DNA of 25,738 nt from Acidobacteriota bacterium. GTDB lineage: Bacteria; Acidobacteriota; Thermoanaerobaculia; Thermoanaerobaculales; Sulfomarinibacteraceae. The stretch lies in contig WGCW01000134.1 of NCBI GenBank assembly GCA_015493585.1, forward strand, positions 1-25,738. The letters are read 5' to 3'. Shown here in pieces: positions 1-7,476 of this stretch (position 1 is the first letter of the stretch; every line of letters begins with the position of its first letter). A program made the translations under genes and the position numbers. The notes below the pieces were generated by a model that worked only from the letters and a program-made list of their open reading frames with translations, searched no databases and had not been told where the DNA came from.

Positions 1-105
1 AGAGTGACAGCTCTTCCTGTCATCCTGAGCCGCTCAATCCTCTTCCTGTCATCCTGAGCCGAAGGCGAAGGATCTGGGCGGGGGGCTCGGATGACAAGGT
101 GGGGA
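1..105. repeat. Partial copy (right arm only; window starts inside it) of the composite palindromic repeat family. It contains 2x GTCATCCTGAGCCGCTCAATCCTCTTCCT units, then GTCATCCTGAGCCGAAGGCGAAGGATCTGGGCGGGGGG and a trailing CTCGGATGACAAGGTGG unit.
   Basis: The same GTCATCCTGAG(Y)CGCTCAATCCTC block occurs at 25690-25738. The terminal GAAGGCGAAGGATCTGGGCGGGGGG matches the right ends at 2526-2547 and 19384-19407. Confidence 0.8.
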
Positions 106-413
106 TGGCTGCGTCTCTGCGCTTCATTCCTCTTCCGATCGGTTCCGCACAAATCACCCGGCGCCCCGATGGACCGGGGCGGTGGTTCGAGGTATGGTTT
201 GTCCATGAACGATCGTGGCGATGCGCAGGCTGGCCGCCCGGTGCTCTTCGTTGGTGACATCCATCTAGGACGGAGACCTGCGGTCCCCGGTTCGGTCCTC
301 CCGGAAACCGGCATCGTGGCGCACGAGCTTTCAGCGGCCGCCGGCGAAGCTGTGCCATCGGGTTCCATGGTGAAGAGGCGTGACGGAGCGGAGCCTCTCC
401 TGAGGAGGGCGAG

Positions 414-2006
414 ATGAAGCGGTGGATCATGATCGCGGCTGTGGCGGCTACGCTGCCGGTGGTGGCTAGCGCCGGCGAGGGAACGATGCCGCCGCCGGTG
501 TTCAAGGTCAAGGTGACGGCGCGCGCGACCGTCGAGTCGGGCGGGTTTCGGTACACCTACGATGTCGAGAATAGCCCTCAAAGCACATTGGAGCTCACTG
601 GGTTTGATGTCAATGTTGGAGCGGCGTACGCTGATGTTGCTGCTCAGGCTCCTCCAGGTTGGCGACTCTTCGACTTCTTCCCAAATGGCTGCCCGGTCTG
701 CCCTCCCAAGCACCAGTACTCCTTTCTTCCCGCTCGTGATCCCCACCATCCCGATGTCCCAGCGAAGTTTTTGCAACCTGGCGCTGAAGTCACAGGGGCC
801 TACCTGAATTCGAAACATCCGCCTGGCATTGTCCAACTCACCGCAGATCCTTGGATCTATCCGTGGTTTGACGCGTATTACGCCAAGTTTGGCTATTACC
901 CGGACGATCCAGAGCAGGATGAGATCAAGAAGAACGCAACGGCTCACGTGCCGGTCTTGGGTCCGATCGATGTAGCGGGCGGGACGTTTGCGCACTGGGA
1001 CCGGTACCTCGCGGACGTTACGAAGGCGGTGAAGCTCTCATGGATCCCGGATGCGCAGCTCGCTGGCCAGATTCAGGATCTGCTCTCGCAAGCGCGGCAC
1101 GCGGCGGGGCGGGGAGATTCTGCCACGGTGACATCGTTGCTCGACCAGGCGATCGCGGTGGTCAAGGGCGCGGGCGCTGACCAGATCACGGAAGAAGGCA
1201 GAGAGCTCGTGCGTCTCAACGCCCAGTACTTGAAGAACGCGCAGCCAACTCCGTACGAACCGGTGCTCGATCTTGTGCCGGCGACGTCGGCCCATTATGT
1301 GGGCGAGGAGGCGAGCGTAACGGCGCACTACTACAACCGGGCGAATGGAAAGCCGCTGCCCGGCGACGATGGCTCGGCCAAGATGCATTTTGAAATCACC
1401 AGTGGCCCAAATGCAGGGAAGAGCGCCGACGTTGATACCAGTCCGGCAACGGGCACGGCGACATGGTCCTACCGGGGGCTCAAGCTGGGGACCGACCATA
1501 TCTCGGTCGAGATCAATCCAGGGTATGCCCCGCAGAAGCATGCGCCCGGCGGAGCTCCCCCCGAAGCCAAACCGGTGACGGTCCGTTGGATCGGCGGTCC
1601 CGACCTGCGGATCCGGGAGCTGATTCCGCCGCTGACGATCGCCAGTCCCGGGGATCAAGTCAAGATCTTGAAAGCATCGACGGTCAACGCGGGCAATGTG
1701 CCGGCTGGTCCAAGCATCACGCGGTACTACGTTACGCCGGACCCCTCGCTTGACCCGAAGACGTTCGTCGAGCTCGGCGAGCGCCAGGTACCGGCGCTGA
1801 ATCCCGCGCAATCGAGCGATGTCTCCTCGCTCAGCTTCACGCTGCCGGACCTGAAGACGCCGGGCCGGGCGAAGCTCTACCTGGTTGCCTGCGCCGATGC
1901 AACGAACGAGGTCGTCGAAACCGACGAGACAAACAACTGCTCGACGAGCAACATCATTGGATCCATCTCCGTTGGTACCCTCGTGAAAAGGTGGCACAGC
2001 AAGTAA
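414..2006 (+). CDS. Secreted protein, 530 aa, with an N-terminal signal peptide and a C-terminal CARDB-like domain.
   Basis: The N-terminus MKRWIMIAAVAATLPVVASAGEG is a signal peptide. The C-terminal LYLVACADATNEVVETDETNNCSTSNI fits the E-x-N-E-x-NN signature of CARDB domains. RBS GGAGGG lies 4 nt before the ATG at 414. The middle of the protein has no family I recognise. Confidence 0.8.
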   Translation: MKRWIMIAAVAATLPVVASAGEGTMPPPVFKVKVTARATVESGGFRYTYDVENSPQSTLELTGFDVNVGAAYADVAAQAPPGWRLFDFFPNGCPVCPPKHQYSFLPARDPHHPDVPAKFLQPGAEVTGAYLNSKHPPGIVQLTADPWIYPWFDAYYAKFGYYPDDPEQDEIKKNATAHVPVLGPIDVAGGTFAHWDRYLADVTKAVKLSWIPDAQLAGQIQDLLSQARHAAGRGDSATVTSLLDQAIAVVKGAGADQITEEGRELVRLNAQYLKNAQPTPYEPVLDLVPATSAHYVGEEASVTAHYYNRANGKPLPGDDGSAKMHFEITSGPNAGKSADVDTSPATGTATWSYRGLKLGTDHISVEINPGYAPQKHAPGGAPPEAKPVTVRWIGGPDLRIRELIPPLTIASPGDQVKILKASTVNAGNVPAGPSITRYYVTPDPSLDPKTFVELGERQVPALNPAQSSDVSSLSFTLPDLKTPGRAKLYLVACADATNEVVETDETNNCSTSNIIGSISVGTLVKRWHSK

Positions 2007-2176
2007 CCGCGCAGCTGGAGCACGTGAGGCTTGCCGCCTGCTGTATACGCTAGGCCTTTAGTGGGCCTTGGAAAGGTGCCAGGCCCAGTGATGGACGTGT
2101 ACCGGACTTGGCACGTTGATCGACGGCGTTTCGGAGCACTCCCGGTCTGCGGACGGGATGAGCTCGTCCGAGCCTC

Positions 2177-2547
2177 TCTCTGCGAACCTCGCGTTCTCTG
2201 CGGTTGAATTCTCCCTGCGGCCGTTCCCCCGCCCAGATCCTTCGCCTTCGGCTCAGGATGACACGGAAGGTGGAAGGGCTCAGGATGACACGGAAGGTGG
2301 TAGTTGCACCTCCGGCACGCGGCTCAGGATGACACGGAAGGTGGAAGGGCTCAGGATGACACGGAAGGTGGGAGGGCTCAGGATGACACGGAAGGGGGTA
2401 GTTGCACCTCTGGCACGCGACTCAGGATGACAAGATAGGGACGGCTTTGCCTCCTCAGAATGACATTTCCTCCGTCATCCTGAGCCGCCTTACCCCCCAC
2501 ATGTCATCCTGAGCGATGTGCCGCAGGCGAAGGATCTGGGCGGGGGG
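2177..2547. repeat. Complete composite palindromic repeat element. A leader (CTCTGCGAACCTCGCGTTCTCTGCGG...) is followed by the left inverted repeat CCCAGATCCTTCGCCTTCG. Then comes a tandem array of five units GCTCAGGATGAC+ACGGAAGGTGGAAGG (27 nt; two units carry a 17-nt insert GTAGTTGCACCTCCGGCACGCG). A turn-around hairpin CCTCAGAATGACA-TTTCCTCC-GTCATCCTGAGC follows, then the right inverted repeat GTCATCCTGAGCGATGTGCCGCAGGCGAAGGATCTGGGCGGGGGG.
   Basis: Read directly: tandem units start at 2251, 2278, 2322, 2349 and 2376. The 5' CCCAGATCCTTCGCC (2232-2246) and 3' GGCGAAGGATCTGGG (2526-2540) form the terminal inverted repeat. Confidence 0.9.
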
Positions 2548-2697
2548 CCCGGATGCACCGGTCATGCCTTGCGCCTGTCTCAGCCGAAACGTGCTCGCGG
2601 ACCTCGCCAAAGCCCCAGCGTTAGGAACGGCAAAGCAGCGGCGCACAGCGCACCAACCTCGCATTCGAGAGTCACTCATGAATCATGAGGCCTACAC

Positions 2698-2706
2698 GTG
2701 TAAGAT
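2698..2706 (+). promoter_or_regulatory. Candidate -10 element GTGTAAGAT (TAAGAT at 2701-2706) for pilT. The predicted TSS is near 2713, giving a 22-nt leader that carries GGAGG.
   Basis: TAAGAT fits TAnnnT. The same 10-mer TGTGTAAGAT recurs upstream of the radical-SAM gene at 22423-22432. No convincing -35 (TGAATC at 2678-2683 matches 3/6). Confidence 0.3.
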
Positions 2707-2734
2707 ACGTTTTGGTACGATCGAGAGCTGGAGG

Positions 2735-4192
2735 ATGGAGTTGGATCTCAAAGAGCTCCTGATGTTCATGACGAAGAAAGGTGCATCAGACCTGCACCTC
2801 AAACCCACACGTCCACCCCTGTTGAGGATCCAGGGACGTTTGATCCCATTAAAGGCAGCACCTCTCAAGCCCGACGAGGTTGAGAGCATGATCATGGAGA
2901 TCCTAACGCCGGCGCAGCGCGAGAGGCTGCACACACACCAAGCGGTCGATGTCGGCTATGGGCTTGCCGGCGTCGCACGATTCCGGTGCAATTTCTATCA
3001 ACAACGTGGCACGATTGCTGGGGTATTCAGGCGGATTCCTTTTGAGATCAAGCCGGTCGAAGAGCTCAATCTGCCCGACGTTCTCAACACCTTTACCCAT
3101 CTCCCGGCGGGGCTCGTCCTCGTCACAGGTCCTACTGGATCTGGAAAATCGACGACGCTGGCTGCTCTGATCCAACGGATCACCCAGACGCGGCCCTGTC
3201 ACGTCGTGACAATCGAGGATCCAATCGAATTCTTGTTCACCGACGACAAGGCGACAGTGTCCCAGCGGGAGGTTGGTACCGATACGCCGAGCTTTCAGGA
3301 AGCCCTCCGGAACACGATGCGCCAGGATCCGGACGTCATTATGGTTGGCGAGATGCGGGACCTCGACACGGTTTCGACGGTCATCACCGCAGCGGAAACG
3401 GGCCACCTTGTCTTTTCCACCCTGCACACGAACTCGGCGTCGCAGACCATCGACCGGATCATCGATTCATTCTCCTCCGACCAGCAGGCCCAGGTTCGAA
3501 GTCAGCTCGCACTGGTCCTTAAGGCCGTCGTTTCCATGACACTGCTCAAGAGGGCCGATGGGAAGGGTCTGGTTCCTGCTGTTGAGATCCTCATGAACTC
3601 GCCAAAGATCTCAAAGCATATCGAGGATGGTGAAATCAAGGAGATCCACGAGGAAATCGAGAATTCCGTCGCCTATTTCAAGATGCAGACAATGAACCAG
3701 TCGCTGATCGCGCTTCTGGTCAACGGGATCATTTCCTACGAGACCGCCATTGACGCGTCAACTGATCCCTCAGACCTGTCGTTGAAGCTGAGAAAGCTCT
3801 TCCCTTCGATCGAAGAGCAGTTTAGGGAGGGAGCCATGGCCCCGTCGCCAGCAGATTTTTCAGAAATCCTCGAGCTGATCGAGGTCAAACGCCTCTACGA
3901 GGAATCCGAGGAACGGCACAAGGTCGAAATGCAGGCGAAGGATGAGCAGATCGCCGCATTGGAGCAGGAAATCGCAGACCTGCGCCGGATGATGGAAGAA
4001 GATTCAAGTAGCGTCGATGCAATCAAGAAACAGCTCGAGCAGCTGCAAGCCGAAAACCAGCTCCTTCGTGATGAATCAGCGAAGAAGGTCGCCACACTCA
4101 ACGAGAGGATTCGGGACCTCAACCAGCGTCTCCGTGAAGCCGGAGGCGGGCCCAAGACCGCCAAGAACCCTTCCGGCTTCTTCAAGCACTGA
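2735..4192 (+). CDS. pilT: Type IV pilus retraction (twitching motility) ATPase, PilT family, 485 aa, with an atypical C-terminal coiled-coil extension of about 125 aa.
   Basis: MELDLKELLMFMTKKGASDLHL is a PilT-like N-terminus. Walker A is LVLVTGPTGSGKSTT, Walker B is VIMVGEMRDLDT, and GHLVFSTLHTNSA is the His box. The C-terminal tail EEQFREG...LEQEIADLRRMMEE...QLEQLQAENQLLRDE shows heptad periodicity. I chose the ATG at 2735 (RBS GGAGG at 2730-2734) over the ORF-track start at 2516, whose first 73 codons run back into the repeat element. Confidence 0.9.
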   Translation: MELDLKELLMFMTKKGASDLHLKPTRPPLLRIQGRLIPLKAAPLKPDEVESMIMEILTPAQRERLHTHQAVDVGYGLAGVARFRCNFYQQRGTIAGVFRRIPFEIKPVEELNLPDVLNTFTHLPAGLVLVTGPTGSGKSTTLAALIQRITQTRPCHVVTIEDPIEFLFTDDKATVSQREVGTDTPSFQEALRNTMRQDPDVIMVGEMRDLDTVSTVITAAETGHLVFSTLHTNSASQTIDRIIDSFSSDQQAQVRSQLALVLKAVVSMTLLKRADGKGLVPAVEILMNSPKISKHIEDGEIKEIHEEIENSVAYFKMQTMNQSLIALLVNGIISYETAIDASTDPSDLSLKLRKLFPSIEEQFREGAMAPSPADFSEILELIEVKRLYEESEERHKVEMQAKDEQIAALEQEIADLRRMMEEDSSSVDAIKKQLEQLQAENQLLRDESAKKVATLNERIRDLNQRLREAGGGPKTAKNPSGFFKH

Positions 4193-4204
4193 CCCGGATA
4201 GCCG

Positions 4205-5485
4205 TTAATTGGCGGCCTTCGGCCGCGCGAAGAAGTACCCCTGCAGGAGGAAAACACCAAGGTCCTGAAGAACGGTCACCTCTTCCTGGCGTTCAACCCC
4301 CTCGGCGATCACGAGCGATTGGCTGGTGTGCGCAAACCCGATGATTGCCGAAATCAAGTTGCGCTTGATCGGCTCGGACGCGACCCCTTGCACGAGCATG
4401 CCGTCAAGCTTGATGTAGTCCGGCTTGACATCGGTGAGCGTTTGCAGCGAGCTGTAGCCCGTTCCCATGTCGTCGATCGCCACGCGGAATCCCTGGGACC
4501 GGAGCTTCATCACTCTCTTGAGAATCCGCTCGGGATCCTGTGCGTAGGTGTGCTCCGTAATCTCCAGTACGATTTCGCGGGGGGACCATCCTCCTTTCCG
4601 CGCAAGCGGCATCAGCCCACCATGCTCGCCCTCCAGGTACTCCAAGCCCCGGAACGACAGGTTGAGGAACAGTGTTGAACCCAATGGCAAGTGATGTCCG
4701 TTGGAAAGTGCTTTCTCGATACAGAGCTCCTCGAGCTCACCGAGCATCCCGGAACGCTGGGCGAATCCCAAAATCCGTTCAGCCGGTTCGAGGTAGGAGC
4801 CTTCAGGACCCCTGCACAGCGCCTCGTATCCGACGACCGTGCGCTGAGGCACCCGGATGATCGGCTGAAAAAGCGTCCTCACCGAACGGTCTCTGAGGAT
4901 CTGTTGCAGTTCGCGGCGCCGGTTGAGGTCAAGCTCCCGCCTCCGTCTGTTGAAATCCTTCTCCGCCTGTTCAAGGCCAGTGAAAATGCAGCGCTCGATG
5001 CGCTGCGACGGCCGCGGCCGGATGCTGCCCTGCCCCACCCTCAAGCTCAGTGTGAACGCCTCCTCCAGCTCCGGTGCCTCGACGCGGATCGGCTCCGATA
5101 CGAGCTCCAACAGCCTGCCGGTCTGGCGCCGGTCCGGCAGAAAAATGAGAAAGCGATCACCCCGCACACGATCCTGGCATAGCACGCTCCCCGCGCTGCG
5201 GAAGCTCGACAAACTATTCTTGAGATATTCCGCAACCGATCGCAGCAACGCATCGTACCGCTGCCATCCAACGATCAGCTCAAGGCTCTGCTCTTGCTCG
5301 ATCCGGATGATCAGCACCTGGACCGACCGTTGGTCCTCAAGCATCTTCCGGATCTGGTCCATCACCGCCGGGAGGCTCGGCAGGCCGGTTCCCGGGTCGA
5401 ACAGGCTGGCCTGGTACTGCAGCAGCTGCGTCGTCAGCTCGGCTGGATCGGACGGGATGACCGGGCCGGCAATGGGGTCAACCAT
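4205..5485 (-). CDS. Cyclic-di-GMP phosphodiesterase, 426 aa, with a degenerate GGDEF domain followed by an EAL domain.
   Basis: The EAL domain is YEALCRGPEG ... GFRVAIDDMGTGYSSLQTL ... IKLDGMLVQG. The upstream domain aligns to GGDEF, but the signature reads VRGDRFLIFLP where RYGGEEFLILLP is expected, so it is probably an inactive cyclase. The start ATG at 5485 overlaps the receiver stop as ATGGTTGA. A TTG alternative lies at 5512. Confidence 0.88.
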   Translation of the reverse strand: MVDPIAGPVIPSDPAELTTQLLQYQASLFDPGTGLPSLPAVMDQIRKMLEDQRSVQVLIIRIEQEQSLELIVGWQRYDALLRSVAEYLKNSLSSFRSAGSVLCQDRVRGDRFLIFLPDRRQTGRLLELVSEPIRVEAPELEEAFTLSLRVGQGSIRPRPSQRIERCIFTGLEQAEKDFNRRRRELDLNRRRELQQILRDRSVRTLFQPIIRVPQRTVVGYEALCRGPEGSYLEPAERILGFAQRSGMLGELEELCIEKALSNGHHLPLGSTLFLNLSFRGLEYLEGEHGGLMPLARKGGWSPREIVLEITEHTYAQDPERILKRVMKLRSQGFRVAIDDMGTGYSSLQTLTDVKPDYIKLDGMLVQGVASEPIKRNLISAIIGFAHTSQSLVIAEGVERQEEVTVLQDLGVFLLQGYFFARPKAAN

Positions 5486-5867
5486 CACTTGGCTCCGCGT
5501 CCGGACGGCCAATCAGTTGTTCGACTTGAGCGAGAAGATCCCGGTTCGAAAACGGCTTGCAGATGTAGGCGTTCGCGCCGAGCTGAAGGCTCCCAATCTG
5601 GTCAAGCTGGCCGGTCCGTGCCGAAACAATGATCACCGGAACATCAGCCCCCTGGGGCTGTGCCCGGAGCAGCTTCAACAGCTCCATGCCATCGAGGTCC
5701 GGCATCATCAGATCGAGCAGGACCAGATCCGGAGGAGCTTGGAGCATCCGCGCCAGGGCCCGGCGGCCGCTCGTCTCTGTTTCCACCTCGTAGCCCTCCA
5801 ACTCAAGAACCGTCTCGATGAGCTCAACGACGTCCGGTTCATCATCGACAACAAAGACCCGTTTCAT
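5478..5867 (-). CDS. Stand-alone CheY-like response-regulator receiver protein, 129 aa.
   Basis: MKRVFVVDDEPDVVELIETVLELEGYEVE...PDLVLLDLMMPDLDGMELL...VPVIIVSA...ICKPF is a canonical REC fold with an acidic pocket and a phospho-acceptor Asp in LLDLMMP. The ATG at 5867 is preceded by GGGGGA. In another frame, the longer track ORF (to 6161) overlaps the kinase C-terminus by 263 nt (5899-6161). Confidence 0.85.
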   Translation of the reverse strand: MKRVFVVDDEPDVVELIETVLELEGYEVETETSGRRALARMLQAPPDLVLLDLMMPDLDGMELLKLLRAQPQGADVPVIIVSARTGQLDQIGSLQLGANAYICKPFSNRDLLAQVEQLIGRPDAEPSDG

Positions 5868-5898
5868 GATCAATCCCCCGTTCATCTGCTCCGCTGGG

Positions 5899-7476
5899 TC
5901 ATGCGTGATCCATTGTATCAAGGGCCGGATACGCCCCACTCTGGCTCTGCCCGCCGCCTTCGAGGGGAAGCCAAACGAAAAACGTCGAACCTGCGTTGAC
6001 GGCGCTCTCGACCCATACCTTGCCATGATGAAGCTCGACGGCGCGTTTGACCAGGGCAAGGCCAAGCCCCATGCCGCCGAACTTGCGCCGTGATGTTTGG
6101 TCGACCTGGTAAAAACGTCCGAACACATTGTCAAGGTGCTCCTCGGGGATTCCGATTCCACTGTCGGTCACCTGAGCCAAGACCCCTGGAGTGCCGTGCA
6201 GCGCGTTATTCTCCAGCCGGACGCTGATCGCACCTCCGGCCGGTGTGAACTTGATGGCATTATCCAGCAGGTTCATGAACAGCCGCTCGAGCTGCTCCAC
6301 GTTCCCTTCGATGGTACGCAACCCCGTCATGGTGTCCATCGCACAACGGAGTCCCTTTTCTTCGACCCGGGGCCAAAGGGTTTCGAGCACGCTCTGAACG
6401 ATCTGGGAAAGATCAACAGGCTCCAAAGGCATGATGGCGCCGTCGCGATCGAGCCTTGCCAGCTCCACCAGCTCCTCGATCCTCCTGGTCAGACGTTCGG
6501 CGTTCTTTTGACAAACTGCCACAGCCCGGACCGCCTGCGGTGACAGATCCCCAAGCTGTCCGTTCCCCAGCAGCTCAAGGTACCCGCGAAGGGCCGTCAA
6601 TGGCGTCTTGAGCTCGTGGGATACCGTCGCGAGGAGGGTGCGCTTGGCCTGATCAAGCGATTCCATCCGGATATAGGCATCCCGCAACGCCTCGATCGTT
6701 CCTTGGAGCCGGTCCGCCATCGAATTGAACGAATCGGCAAGGTCCTGAATCTCATCCCCCGTCTTGATCGCCACCCGTTCGTCGAAACGTCCCTCCGAAA
6801 TTCGTCTGACGCCGGCGTGGAGCTCGTCGATGTTTTGCGTGATCGTCCGGGCCAGAAGGCGTGAAACGCCCCAGGAAAAGACGAGGCTGGCCAGCAGAAA
6901 CAGCGCCGTAATACCCGCGGTCTTCAGGAGCGCACGGTTGACACGCCGGTAGCTGAAAAACGCAATGACCGTCATGGCGTGTTTGCCCCACGTTTCGACA
7001 GCAGGAGAAATCACGCGATAGAGGCGTTCCTCTCCCGCACCCTGCTTCATGCTCCCAGCAATCAGGCGCAACCCCTGGGCGGCCGCCTTCGACGGCCCTT
7101 CGAGCACCGTCCCACTCCCACCATTCTTCCGGAACACTTTGAGCACCACGTGGCCGCCTTTGATACGCGCGTCAAGCAGGACGCGTCCCGTGACGTCCAC
7201 GACTTGCAGCCGGACGAGATCATTGTTGAGGTGTGCATACCGCGTCACTGTCCGTTCCATCATGCGGCGTCCACCGAGGCCGTACCGTTCCACCATATGC
7301 GCCATGGGAAGGGTTACCAGAGCTCCAAACGTCCTGGCGGACCGTTCCATCGATCCCGTTAGGGACTGGCGTTTCGACAGGACAAACGCCGTTCCACTGA
7401 CGAACAGGCTGGCACCAACGACGAAGAGCACGTAACGTGCCACCCGTTGCTGCAACCTCTGCCTGCGACGTTTCAT
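5899..7476 (-). CDS. Sensor histidine kinase, 525 aa: two transmembrane segments flank a periplasmic domain of about 150 aa, followed by HAMP, HisKA and HATPase_c.
   Basis: TVSHELKTPLTAL is the H-box. NLLDNAIKFT is the N-box, DSGIGIPEEHLDNVFGRFYQ the G1/F region and GGMGLGLALVK the G2 box. HAMP is ITQNIDELHAGVRRISEGRFDERV. Hydrophobic segments are YVLFVVGASLFVSGTAFVL and ITALFLLASLVFSWGV. The start overlaps the yicC stop by 4 nt. Confidence 0.9.
   Translation of the reverse strand: MKRRRQRLQQRVARYVLFVVGASLFVSGTAFVLSKRQSLTGSMERSARTFGALVTLPMAHMVERYGLGGRRMMERTVTRYAHLNNDLVRLQVVDVTGRVLLDARIKGGHVVLKVFRKNGGSGTVLEGPSKAAAQGLRLIAGSMKQGAGEERLYRVISPAVETWGKHAMTVIAFFSYRRVNRALLKTAGITALFLLASLVFSWGVSRLLARTITQNIDELHAGVRRISEGRFDERVAIKTGDEIQDLADSFNSMADRLQGTIEALRDAYIRMESLDQAKRTLLATVSHELKTPLTALRGYLELLGNGQLGDLSPQAVRAVAVCQKNAERLTRRIEELVELARLDRDGAIMPLEPVDLSQIVQSVLETLWPRVEEKGLRCAMDTMTGLRTIEGNVEQLERLFMNLLDNAIKFTPAGGAISVRLENNALHGTPGVLAQVTDSGIGIPEEHLDNVFGRFYQVDQTSRRKFGGMGLGLALVKRAVELHHGKVWVESAVNAGSTFFVWLPLEGGGQSQSGAYPALDTMDHA

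Noticed and set aside
2251-2430. CRISPR array interpretation of the tandem GCTCAGGATGAC-containing units (also 10950-11050, 19202-19283, 25481-25565).
   Set aside because: Units are directly tandem (12-nt core + 15-22-nt tail) and the 'spacers' are near-identical within each array. No cas operon is present, and the arrays are embedded in larger inverted-repeat elements. This is a repeat family, not CRISPR.
2116-2430. Six-frame ORFs lying entirely in repeat elements (2116..2430 +, 2455..2679 -, 10347..10781 -, 10778..11239 -, 10952..11275 +, 11019..11216 +, 19016..19726 +, 19108..19380 +, 25537..25728 +, 20..556 -).
   Set aside because: Their 'proteins' are just translations of the tandem units (RMTRKVEGL..., ILRRHSLPP..., QDDKKSRMA...). 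They lack independent start signals. Reading of the opposite arm in the other strand confirms a nucleotide-level repeat.
2516-2734. Upstream extension of pilT to the ORF-track start at 2516.
   Set aside because: The first 73 codons run into the repeat element's right arm and have no similarity to PilT. The ATG at 2735 has a perfect GGAGG SD and yields a canonical PilT N-terminus.
4211-4227. Hairpin GCGGCC-TTC-GGCCGC as a bidirectional terminator between pilT and the EAL gene.
   Set aside because: It lies inside the last codons of the EAL gene, has a 3-nt loop and no flanking U-tract on either strand. It cannot be supported as a terminator.
4923-5999. Numerous long antisense or alternative-frame ORFs (for example 4923..5999 +, 8357..9598 +, 1038..1997 -, 21556..23367 -, 23470..24642 -, 19372..20124 -, 20676..21269 -, 15612..16589 +, 14895..15446 +).
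   Set aside because: These are typical high-GC artefacts. Each lies opposite or out of frame with a gene that has clear family motifs. Their translations are Arg/Pro/Gly-rich with no motifs, and no SD sequences precede them.
5868-6161. Long N-terminal extension of the response-regulator ORF (the 227-aa track ORF).
   Set aside because: The extension overlaps the C-terminal 263 nt of the histidine kinase gene in another frame. The receiver domain begins cleanly at MKRVFVVDD with its own SD.
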